The notes beneath the pieces were generated by a model. It worked only from the letters and a program-made list of their open reading frames with translations, did no database searches and was not told the origin of the DNA. From the NCBI GenBank assembly GCA_973895155.1, contig OZ316897.1:21799455-21863454 (forward strand): a stretch of 64,000 bases of DNA, given 5' to 3'. The position numbers and the translations under genes were made by a program. This DNA comes from Marsupella aquatica. Its lineage: Eukaryota; Plantae; Marchantiophyta. This document shows, piece after piece, positions 13,804 through 25,389 of this stretch (position 1 is its first letter; each line of letters starts with the position of its first letter).

Positions 13804-14534
13804 CGTGGAAAGGTTGAAAAGGTCCTGCAAAGTAAGTCAGACCCATCCCTCAGTTAGTCCCAGCAAAGCAATCGCATGGGCTGCAAGCGCTTGCTATATT
13901 ATCAGAATGATATGCAATCAGATGTTGTGCGTATTGCGAAAAACAACGAAACAACGAAACAGCTTTGTCCATCAAACAAGTTTGGCATCTATGAAAGCTT
14001 GGCACAAAAATCGAATCCAGTCGACTGCCTATGTTCTAACGCTGCTGAGAGTGAAAGCAATGGCATCATTCAAACATAAAAGTTGCGCCATCGCGCGTCT
14101 TCACAGAACGTTTGTCTCACGAGGCTAAGTTACGGATATATTACTCAGCTCAGGTAAGGTACTAGAATTGAGCCGCCACGAGTTCAGCTGCGACTTCACT
14201 TGTAAAATCGAATGGCAGTGGTGAGAATGAGAATGAGTTTACGGTGGTTTGCATGGCTTAAATACTACTCTGGTGTAGACCTAGCTTTCTTCCAAGTCTG
14301 GACTGTGGAGTCGTGCCAAGTCTGTGTAGCAGGGCTTATCTTCCCAACGGAGGACAATTGACTGCAATTCATTTCTTTCGAGCTAGTATCACTTTCAACA
14401 GACGTGCTGCAGTTTGGGTACGGTCATTTTCTGTGGGAAAGTTCACTCTTACTGCAGACGAGAGGTGTCACTACGATGGGCTCAATCACAATTGAATAGA
14501 AATCACTCAGTGAGGCACAGTAGTACGAGGCATA

Positions 14535-14566
14535 TACGGAATACCAAATGTTGCACATTGTTTTTC
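14535..14566 (+). repeat. Left TIR of IS3EU-like element
   Basis: TACGGAATACCAAATGTTGCACATTGTTTTTC, preceded by GGCATA. Confidence 0.9.
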
Positions 14567-17500
14567 TTAGTAAAACACTCATATTTTACAAAATATATAA
14601 GATAAAGGGTATTGTATTTTATTTAAATTGTGAAATCATACAAGTTCCAAGAAAAAAAATCACTCTCCTTTGTTAAAAAAGGGGAGATATTAGGGACTAT
14701 GAATAATAGGTTGGACAAAACAATTTCATACTGTTCAATGGTGGGTAATAAAAGTTTGTTTTTTTAGATTTAGGCTTGAAAATTTTGTAAAAATGTTGGA
14801 CATATTATGTTTTGGAAGTGCGGATCACTTTTATGGAAGAAGTGAAGATGGCAAGGAAACATCAAGGAGAATTATAGGGTGACTTTTAATTCAAAACAAA
14901 AGGTTTAAAAGAGTCACATCAAAAACAAATTAACAATATACAATGATGTATGAATATTTTACTTTCCAACAAAAAATTTGCACAAAAAAATATTTATGCA
15001 AAAGAAACCTCAAAAATAAGAGTATGTGACCGCAAAACCACAAATAAATTAAAGTTTTGACCAGTGCACCAAATAAAAAATTGCACCGCCATACAAAAAA
15101 AAGTTTGCACACAAAACTCGCTCTAAAAAAAAACCCGCCCCATCAAAAAAGATGTGCATGTGAACCTATAAATTTTGGGATGATAATTTTACTCAATGTG
15201 TTTTATTTCTACGCGCACAAACACAAACCACCCACCCTAACATTCAGGGACCAATGGGGAGATAGCCAATGATTACATTTAACTATGGTTACATGACATG
15301 GATTTCACTAGACATTGTATTGTATAGTATTGTATACATTGTACCTCTTTGCTATAATGGAATCAATGCATTATTTCTCCAACATGTTGCAGTTATTTGG
15401 TGAAAGAATACCAAGCCTACTTACTTGCTTGGCCAATTATTTGTGTTACTTAGGCTTATTGGCATGAATATTGCATATTACCAGTGAAGAAATAAGTGAT
15501 AGAGGTTACAATTGCTTACTGACATGAGAGGGACGAATTGGATGTAGAGACTACCAATGGAGAGACTTCACCAAAATGAACCAGTGATGAAGTATCGATC
15601 TCAAGATTTTGCTAGGAAGTAGACTCTATAGTTGCCAATTTGAGAGGTCAGAGCCCATTTGGGGAGTTGCTTAATGTAAAGCCCCCACAAATACGTGAGA
15701 ATAAAAAATTATTCTATAAACAAAATGTATCAATTAAATTAAAAACCATTTGCATCTTTTTTATAAAAATTTGAAAAAAAATGAGTACCTTGCTAATTCA
15801 TAATTTTGTCAAAATTAGATTATTAAATATCTTTGGTACAGTCAAGTCTTTGGTTATGATTAGTAGCCCAACTATATTTAAAAGATTAGCCTTCTCTTTT
15901 TGCATCACATTCTAATAATCTAACTTGCCAATGATTCCCTAGGGTAGAGTCCAAAACATCTTTGAATCTACTCCTACTTGGCCTAGCTACTAATGTTCAT
16001 ATATAGAAGACGAGGAACAATGTGAGTGAAGGTGATATTAATTGGCAGATGAAAGTAGTAGTGGATTTCATTCATCTGCACCTAGTACTGAGAGGTGCCC
16101 CCCCCCTCCTGGTTTTCCCAATCCTACTATGGTACCAATTAAGAGAGGATAAACTTGAAACTGAAAGACATGAAGAACTGAATTTGCAGACCTTAAGTGT
16201 TGATCAAACCCGTTCTACAATCTACCATTGCAATAAGGAAATGAAGATGAGAAGATTCAACTCATACCCGCTCATATGTCCTTGGAGCTCTTAAGTATCC
16301 AGAATGGGACGAATTCTTAATTGGCTCACAAGAATAACCAATAAACTATGGTGAGCATGTTGTAGATTGATTAACCATAATTTCTTACATTATGCACTTG
16401 AGGGCATTACTTCTCACTTTGGAGGATCTCAAAGCCATTTTTGCAACTATCATAGCTCTTGAGCCATAGCAACATCACTACCCTTTAACCCTACTTTCAT
16501 TGACACAAGAACCCATACTTAGAGGGTCTTTTGCTATAATTGATGATGAATTCTTATTTGTTGCACCTATGATCTATATATATAAAATGACAAAGTTCAG
16601 AAGCAATCAAGGCCTAACTTGAGTATGAAATCTCCTACTTGATTTGGATGCTGCTGTTGGAACGTAGACTAATTTACTTTCCTCAGTGCAAACTATAACT
16701 CTAGTTCATATTCCTTTGTTAGATGTGTCTTCTAAGAAGAAAGATGCAAATAGGATTGCTACAAAGATACAAGAGGAAATAATGGAGGTTATGGGGGGGG
16801 GGGGGACCGCAAACCTAGTCAAACCATTTTCAGAAGAGCAATTGTTTCTATCTTCCATTGCAGTATGCTACAATTTGGTAGACATTGTAAATAAAGTTGT
16901 ACAAATTAAAGGCTTAATCTACTATGGTTGCCTCATCATCTCACCTAGCTATTGCATGACTGTGGGCATGCATATTGTTAAGAACTCCCATCGTACGAAT
17001 CATATAAATACCTTGTAACGAAAATGTGAGCCATTTTATTATGATTTACCTTCTTAGTGTTTGGTTCACAGCCTTTTCAAAAATTTCTAGGTTGCTCCAC
17101 CTTTTTTGAGGGGCAGCTCCTTCGTTTCACTTTCATAAACCATTCATGTTGTAAATTAAAATTGTATCCTATATAGCCCTTGTTTTCTGCATATATTAGA
17201 CAGCATGGCTGTAGTACCAGCTAAAAATTAATAATAAAGGTGTTTCATGCAACGGTGCTCCATATGGAAAACTTGGGGTCCAACAACTTAGCACGTAAGG
17301 ATGAATAGTTTAATTTGCAAAATAACCTCAAATAATCGATGTTTACACTAGGTCTTTTTGATACACAAATTAAAAGAGCCCATTGTCCACCCTCCTCTGC
17401 TCTACTCTACATTTAATTTTTTGGCCAAATCCAAAGCCTTGTTGCTCGGATGATTCTCTTGCGACTACTGTATGTTGAAGGTGAGCCCCAACAAGCTCTT

Positions 17501-17824
17501 CTTGATAATATCCTCTTGTCCAGCTAAGATCATCAGTACATTGTCAAATAACAAAAATAATTGCAATAGTCCTGATCACTATATAGAGAACTAACTTTTA
17601 ACGTCTGATAGCAAGTTGGTCCACCTCCATGCCAAGGTGCTAACTAAGCCATGCAGAGGTGGCACTCCACAACTATTGCTCACAAAAAGGCCTCTACTTA
17701 GATAAATTTAGTGACTCTTGCATTTGGAGGGTTAAGATATGCATACTCAATGATTTGAGAAAGAGCGTTACCAAAATGCAGATTCAGGGCAACATTGGAT
17801 TTGAAAATGCAGATTCAGGGCAAC

Positions 17825-18489
17825 ATTGGATTTGAGGGACGGGAGGATTAATTTCATGAAAATTTAAGACAAACAAATGAGGCACAATGTATGGTCTAAA
17901 ATAATATTTTGGCAGTTGTGGGCAGTATGAACTATCAGTGGGCGCGCAGGCGGTGTGTGATAAAGTGATTATTCCTAGAAGGGGTTTAAGTATGAAATTG
18001 AGAAATTTCCAAACTTTTCAAACCTTACATAGTGCATTATGGGGATGGAAAGATCTTTGAGTAACGTCAAGATGGCAAAGACATTGTGGCCGACCCAAAT
18101 ATTAGTGACGTCCCTCTAGTAGGGAGGTCCAGCCTATGACCAAATAATGGCTTTTGCTTAAAGCAATATTGGATTTGAGGGACAAGAGTATTTCATGCAA
18201 ATTTAAGACAAACAAACGAGGCAGAGTGTATGGTCTAAAATAATATTTTGGCAGTTTGGGGCATTGTGAACTATCAACTATTGCTAGGGGCAGGAGGTGT
18301 GTGATATAGTGGTTATTCCTAGAAGGGTTATAAAGTATTAAATTGAGAAATTTTTAAACTTTTCAAACCTTACATGGTGTTTAATGAGGACGGCAATATC
18401 TTTGGGTAAAGTCAAGATGACAAAGACATTGTGGTCGGCCCAAATATTAGTTATGTTCCTCGAGTAGGGAGGTCCAGCCTATGACCAAA
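17825..18489. repeat. Diverged tandem duplication (~343-bp period, 2 copies)
   Basis: attggatttgagggac...agggaggtccagcctatgaccaaa at ~17825-18144 and ~18168-18489; a short exact direct repeat (aaaatgcagattcagggcaacattggatttg x2) precedes it. Confidence 0.85.
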
Positions 18490-19331
18490 GAACGGAATTA
18501 ATTCGCTTAAACCAAGGTGGCCAGGACGGCAATAAGGTGAAGTCCCCTTTGTAAAGACATCTGAGTGGGACGTCCACCATTTCTCAGCATAAACGGCCAA
18601 GAGAGACCGGGAGGAGCCAAAAGAGGCTTGGATTTTACCTTGCACATATGTAAGCTTCCACAATCCTAGTGGATCAATTGTTTGAGTTTTTCTTGTCTAC
18701 ATTGTATTAAGGCCAAAGTAACCTTGGAAGATTACATGAATAGATACAAAAGACTTTTGTTATAGTTTCATTTATCATAGTGAATTGTTGTCCATCCACA
18801 AAGAAGGTTGTCAGTTTGTCACCTTGATCAGCTCGCCCAACCAAAGGCCCAATGTGTAGGCACTGTAACCACATCAGCTAACAACTATCATGGCTAGCAG
18901 AAGCCACAACTCAAGAAGTCGACATTACTGATTAACAAAAATAAATGAAGAATGAATTTGAGTAGTGCAGATCTATCAGACGAGGATCATCTTGGTAGTA
19001 AGCATGTGTGTTTGTGAGTGGCAAACTAAATGTGGACTTGGTCGTATTCTAACTGTTTCACTACTAACTTGTGCTTGTCTTTGAAACCCACTTTGTTTAC
19101 CCACTTTGGAATGCATTTATATGCATGCCCATTGCATTATTTACCTTGTGTTAATATTTCAAAACATATAGCTTAGGTGGCCCCAATTCATGCACATTTT
19201 TCCCTGAAAAGTGCCTATCTATGGCAAATTACTAGTAAGATGTGCCCTGGTCAGTCAAAACTGAATCAACTGCACAACTATTTGGGAGATCATATATAAT
19301 ATAATAAACAAAGTAGCTGACCGGGTTACAA

Positions 19332-19627
19332 CTCGGGGGTCTCACTACATGGGGACCTCCCCATCACCTGCGACGTTTTTAGGCCTTGGACCCCCTAAAA
19401 TGTAAGAAAAAAATTTATTTTTTAACCCCTATAAAGTTAGAATATTCTTGGAATATTCCAAAAATTGGATTAAAAAGGCCCTAATGTTCTTATAAGTCTC
19501 AAAATTGAATTAAAAAGACTCTATTGTTCTTCTACAAAAATTCTTAAGTCTTCCCTTACAACCAATAAAATGACCCTATCCTTCGTCGCACGTGATATGC
19601 CATTTTTGTGGAAGTGAAACCCCCGAG
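19332..19627. mobile_element. MITE (296 bp), copy 1
   Basis: TIRs CTCGGGGGT(C/T)TCACT; 8-bp TSD GGTTACAA; homologous in inverted orientation to 38344-38640. Confidence 0.9.
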
Positions 19628-20118
19628 GGTTACAAAAATTACAAATGACTAAACATAGCCTAGCTTCAAGTTCATGTCAATTACATAGGTCAGATTCATT
19701 TCTTCTCTGGCTATGGAAAATTCAAAGACATTCTGATTAATGAACTAATTTAGTAACCTAGGTGTCCCTTGTTCATGACGCCCACCTTGGAAAGAAGGCG
19801 TGAGTCTCTCAAGTACTAACATGTCTCGTCACAAAATTTACCTGCAAAATAGAAAGTAAAGTAATTGTTAAACAAACAATAAGAGTTCAATCAAAGGCAA
19901 GACAAACAAAGAGTCTAATCCATAGCGAATTAACAGACACATGCAATATACATTAAACCCAAACTAATAAAGATAATACAACTAGCAATTATATATACTT
20001 TAAGATTAAAATAAAATGTAATACGTCATATTTTATAAGTTCCCTATAAAAACTTACTTCATGTGTGGCTAGTTCTATTTCTGATAGTCTGGAGTGTTTG
20101 GTCCAAGGTATTCAAAGC

Positions 20119-21914
20119 TCATGACCTTTTTTCTGGCAAATCATTAAAATTTAGTTGTTGATGTACATAGGCTGTCAACCCCATAGTGGCACGAGAACTA
20201 CTTTCACATTCAAGAGAAAGCAGCAAATGCATTCTGAACTTGTCCTCCTCCGATAAGACTCCAATCTGATTAGTTTCATATGCAAAATCACGGATATCAC
20301 GAAGACTCTGCACCCAAAAAAAAGAATTTGGTGAATTGGAAATTAATGAAAAGAATATGCAACCAAATAAAATACATTTTGCTTCACTTACCTCATCGTC
20401 TAAATCTTTAACACCATGTTCAAAGTTTCCATGATCATCATTATGATTCCAATAATCAGTGCCAATAGTCTCGATAATATCATCTGCATCTTGATATCAA
20501 CTTGACCTTCTTCAGGATATGGTGGAGGTAAAACTATTTTAGATTCTTTGTCTCTTGCTTGAAAAGCAAGTTGAGGAATGTGTGATGGCCTGTTCACACC
20601 TCGTTCTCGCACCACTCTCACTGTATGGGCATTCCATGTTAGAATGATATCATTTACAGCATTCTGAATGAATGGAAGAAGTACAATAACAATGGAGTAT
20701 CTATGCAAGGGATTATCCATTTGCAAAAATCCTTCCTCGTATGATAGAGTATGAAATAAGTCCTTATAATGACCCAATCCTTGTTTCTTCAAGAATCCCC
20801 AAAATGCTTCGATCCTCTGTAAAAATCACAATGATTGTAAAAAATTAGTATGTTCCTTGAAATCATTTTTCCTTTTATAAGTTAAGGCCACAAAAACCCC
20901 GTGGCAGAGGGGAAACAACCATGCCATCAAAAATCCAGCTAAACAACATGACCCTTGGGAGGGCGGGCAGAAAGCATTAACAACGTACACAAACAACAAA
21001 TAGGCATCGCGGCCAATGCAACATTGGGCCCCCATAAGTCCCATAGGCAAAAAATTAGTATGTTAGTAAACATATCAAGCAAATAATTTTGATAACATAT
21101 AGTTGAGTTTAAGTACTACCTGATTATGAACTAAAGAACCTTTGCAAAAACAATGAGTATTTGGTCTTGCCCTTTCAAGATTATTTTGGACCAAAATATG
21201 CTCAATCGCATAATCATAACGAATTAATAAAGGATGACCAAATCTTTGAACCGCATTTTTATACCCTTCATAAATAGTCCGGGCTTTCTTATTTAATGCA
21301 ACATGCATATACATAACATAATGTGTAGCTCCATCGATAGCTCCATGAATTCTAATTCCATAATTTGGTAATTTGTCATATGCTGCACAAGAAATTAAAC
21401 AAAATTAGTACATCATTTCATGATCATGAACAAACTATCTGAATCATATATAGTCAAAAAATGATTGATTCAATCTAAATAAAAGGATATAAATACTTGA
21501 ATTTTACTCACAATCCATATGCCAAATATGCATTGCTTCGGTGACATCATAAACCCGACGTATTAGACATCCGCGTGCTCTTGATGCAAGTAATCCTGGA
21601 ACTAAAACATCCAAGGCATCACGTACAAGCGTTCTTGGAACTTTGTATCCAGCTCTTTGTAATCGTGCCTTTATCATTCTTATTCCTCAATCTTTTGCAT
21701 ATCCATATATGAGAATAAACTCTAGAATCAATTGCCGAACCTCCTCAAGCGTATATGTTGGATACATTTTCTCTCCATTATTAAATACTTTCAACCATCG
21801 CCATAAGGTAATTCGATCTATTCCAAGTGCTAACGCACATTCCTTCATAGTATAACCGATGTGAAGTGCTGCCATCACATCTTCACACATTGAATTGATG
21901 TTTGTTGCATCCAT
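20119..21914 (-). pseudogene. IS3EU-type (integrase-core-like) DDE transposase, 4 exons, disrupted
   Basis: Exons ~21914-21512, 21382-21120, 20816-20392, ~20309-20119 with GT-AG introns. N-terminal HTH (KECALALGIDRITLWRW), GIRMIKARL, RRVYDVTEAMHIWHMD-SYDKL, IHGAIDG, GHPLLIRYD, GSLVHNQ-RIEAFW, WNAH. In-frame TGA at 21687-21689 and a frameshift late in exon 3. Confidence 0.85.
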
Positions 21915-22287
21915 ATATTTCCCAAATATTCTCCAAAACTCCAATGAACTAATACTTTATTTTGCCAGTGTATAATTCCACCTTTTTTAGAACAATTAGA
22001 GAACTTTGTCAGAAAAACAAAGGTCACAAGACAAAAAAACAAGGCTAGTTAGAAAATGTACACTAAGTTGTCATTGCACATACAATAAAGTAGGAATATT
22101 TTTAGCAAAAGATACCCTGGATTTACAAAGGGATTTGAAAACTATGGAAGGCTCTTTGGTCTATTCAATGCCCCAGTTTAAGCTCTTGAGAGCATCTATT
22201 ACTAAAATAAGCAAAGATACAAATGGACAAACAAAATCAATATATAACATTAAAAATTCTGCTCATTATCATGACTATGAATCATGT

Positions 22288-23642
22288 TTATGCATTTTCA
22301 TTTGAAAATGTGTAGGCACCACCTAGCTTCTCATTAATTGCAATCCCAACTACGTATACCGGTTCTATAGGGGAACATCTGTACGAGGTGGCGTGCATAT
22401 CTTTTCCACGAAGAAAGAAAATATCCCCATCTAATATTGGAATCTTTATTCCATACTCAATAACAACTAGATGTCCACCTCATTCCTCCATTGAGGGATT
22501 TGATGCCATGAACATAGTGTATTTACTACAATCATGATCATTATGAACTATATTACAGTAGTTCTTTGTAAAAAATAGAGGATATGCTGGTATAGCATGT
22601 TTCACAACGTTGGGCTTGGAAAAGTATTGAAGTAATTCTTTGCTTAGATCCATGAAAGGATCTTTGCAATCCAAAAATTCCCTCACCGGCAAAAAATAAT
22701 CACAAAATAATAGGAAAATAATTTCAAATAAGATTCGATGGGAGCATTGCTCATGAATTAACTCCAATTGCAATGCGCTAATCGGAGTTGTATCAGCAAT
22801 CTTTAACTTATCCCTGTAATAACTCACAAAATATGCTCCTTTTCATTCTCTCCAATTCACAAGTGGCCCCACAACTCGCATTGTTTCAATCAATGTTGAT
22901 CTCGAATTAGCTCTACGAACAGTCCATTTGTGATTGTAGGCATCAATTATTGAATGCCTTAGAAATGGTCGATCGCCCTCTGGAACAACTCCTTTCATTC
23001 GTCCCCCTATTATTTCATTGGTAGACCTATCTTTCCAGATTTCAATAGATGACAAGGGATCCATACATAAAAGTTACTTGGTATCACCTTCCATACAATA
23101 TGTCGTTATGTTTTGGGTGGGCTAAATCCTCTCTCAATCAAGAAAGCATTTTTATGTTTCACAAGAAACTTTGGGCTTCTCTTCGCAAATGTCTTTACTG
23201 GGATTTTATGTTCTTCAAATTTTTTAAAATGATCTGCCTTCCGATTTATATATAAAATTGGATCTTTACAAAACTTTCGGACCCTGGTGGCAATCTCATT
23301 CCCAAGCGAAGATAGATTGTACCGGAAAGTGATCAAGTGGACTATTGTTTTCCACTGATTGGCAGTAAAATACTCAGACCAACGACCGGTTTTCCCCAAG
23401 AAGTGAAAACCAGAATAAAATTTTGATAACTCTCCCTTCATTTTCCCACCGGAAAAGATGTGCACACCATATTCAAAGAGTAACCAATCACCGAGTAACC
23501 ATTTAAGTAAAAACTGAATATGTAATTTTCCCAACTGAGATGTAAGAGTGATGAGCTCACAAAAATAAATAGCAGCCTTAGGAAGAGGCTGGATTTTGGT
23601 GATGTCTGTTGGATTTTGATGATCATTAAATTGAATCTGCAC
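22288..23642 (-). pseudogene. TET/JBP-like 2OG-Fe(II) dioxygenase with unknown N-terminal region, disrupted
   Basis: Reading through TGA at 22843-22845 and 22480-22482 gives FFTKNYCNIVHNDHD (HxD, 22545-22537)...GGHLVVIEYGIKIPILDGDIFFLRGKDMHAT (distal His 22395-22393)...VVGIAIN, a double-stranded beta-helix signature. The upstream ORF 23106..23642 joins via one frameshift and a TAA. Confidence 0.65.
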
Positions 23643-24557
23643 AAATAAGATTATTTATCAACATAAAGTGATAAAGAACTTAGTAATTTAGTATAGTTTA
23701 CTAGTTAATCAATATTTTGATTGACATCTTGGACCATAGTGATTTCAAATCGAATTCGAAGCATATCAACGCTAGGCACTGAGGATTCCAACATAAATAA
23801 TCTGAAAGTTTCACCCCCCCCGGAATATCAATTCCTCTTGATTTTACTCACAAAACTATGGTCTCCAAAATATAGCAATATAATGATGATAATTAATATC
23901 TTATAATAGATTGTATACTATTGGCAACAAGGTAAGATTCTTACCATTTCATCAGATTTGGAAGAAGTTTGCCTTTTCTTTCCCCTTCTTTCATTTACTT
24001 TTGCATCATTGTTACTCAATTTTAAGCCTTTCATTGAATCTACAATGAATGACAATCTATCATGAATATCAACTTTTTCATATAATTGTTCAAACAAAAA
24101 ATAACACTAACCATTCACATATTCAATCACAGGTACTTATTTGACACATAGAATTACTTTCTATAGCCTAATCTTTAGGTATGTCTATTTCTTGACATAA
24201 TAATTTTGGATATTGTTTGTATTAATGTATTCCAAACTCCATCAACAAATATAAAATTGAAGTATGCAAATTGCATGCATGCAACAATAGATGAGGCAAA
24301 AAGAGAAATGGTCACCTCGTCACCACAAATTAGCCAGTTTTCCAAATCCAAAGTTGTCTTCAAAATTGATATCTCTGCACTTTCCAAAAAATATATCAAG
24401 CTTAAGGTCCCATTGGCCATAATACAAAATCTAATGGATCCAAGTTACTATGAGTCCTCCAAAATATTCTCAATAAAATTAAATTTTTTTCACTCTTTTG
24501 TCCTTTCCTAATTTGATGGCCTATGGTGTTTTAGTCAAAGAGTCTATTGGATAAACT

Positions 24558-25243
24558 TTAGAGCCAAGAAATATGATCATGAACAGGGGTCTGCAAAGTG
24601 GGATCAATGGGATGGAGATGACAATAGAAGAACCATCTGTCAACTTCATGGGCACTATGATCATATATCTTTCGATCGCAAGCATATCCTTCTGCCTGAC
24701 ATTCCTTCAAACAGTAAAAATACCACATTGTGGGGCATCGAATGCAATGGACAATATCTGTCCAATTGAGGTCATCCTGTTCACCACATGCCTTGCATGT
24801 ATGTAACGGGCAGATAGGGGTGTGTGATGGCAGACACGCACCGCAAAAAGACCTTACACAAAATCTATCTGAACATTTTTGAACATATTGTGGAGAGTCA
24901 AGAGAACCCTCCAAATTCCCCAACTTTCCACATTGGGCACACTTTGCATGTTTATGTATGCAGTCTTTGCACTTCCACTTCCCATGTTGGCCAGAAGGTG
25001 GGGAAGACCGACCCCTAGACAATTATTCTCTGCTGCATGCAGAGATTGTGCATTGAGATGAAAGTGCCTCAAGCATGGTCCATCACAAATGACTAACTCT
25101 CCACCATCATCACAAATGGCACAACAATGGGCTACTTTTTGGTAGATTTGTTCGCGTGAAAACTTCAAAACATGTGGTCCAAACACAGTTGAATGTCTCA
25201 CCTCGCCCTTATCTTTTCTACATGGTTGTTTAGGACGAGCCAT
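24558..25243 (-). pseudogene. EDM2-like composite PHD-finger region, one frameshift
   Basis: CAICDDGGELVICDGPCLRHFH...KWKCKDCIHKHAKCAQCGKLG...CPLHTCKAC...CIRCPTMW...FYCHLHPIDPTLQTPVHDHI matches the EDM2 PHD block as I recall it, including the YCxxHxIDxxLxTPVxDH tail; overlapping ORFs 24854..25243 and 24558..25022 are joined by a 1-nt frameshift near 25000. Confidence 0.8.
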
Positions 25244-25389
25244 GCCTGCACATCCATAAACAAAATTAATTGTTAGAAGTCATAAAAAGTTGGCATAAAA
25301 TCGGAACTAACAAATCATCAAAAATACACAATAATACTACTATTCAATGAGCTATTCAAGATTCATGTACAAATTAGTTGCATACTTCA

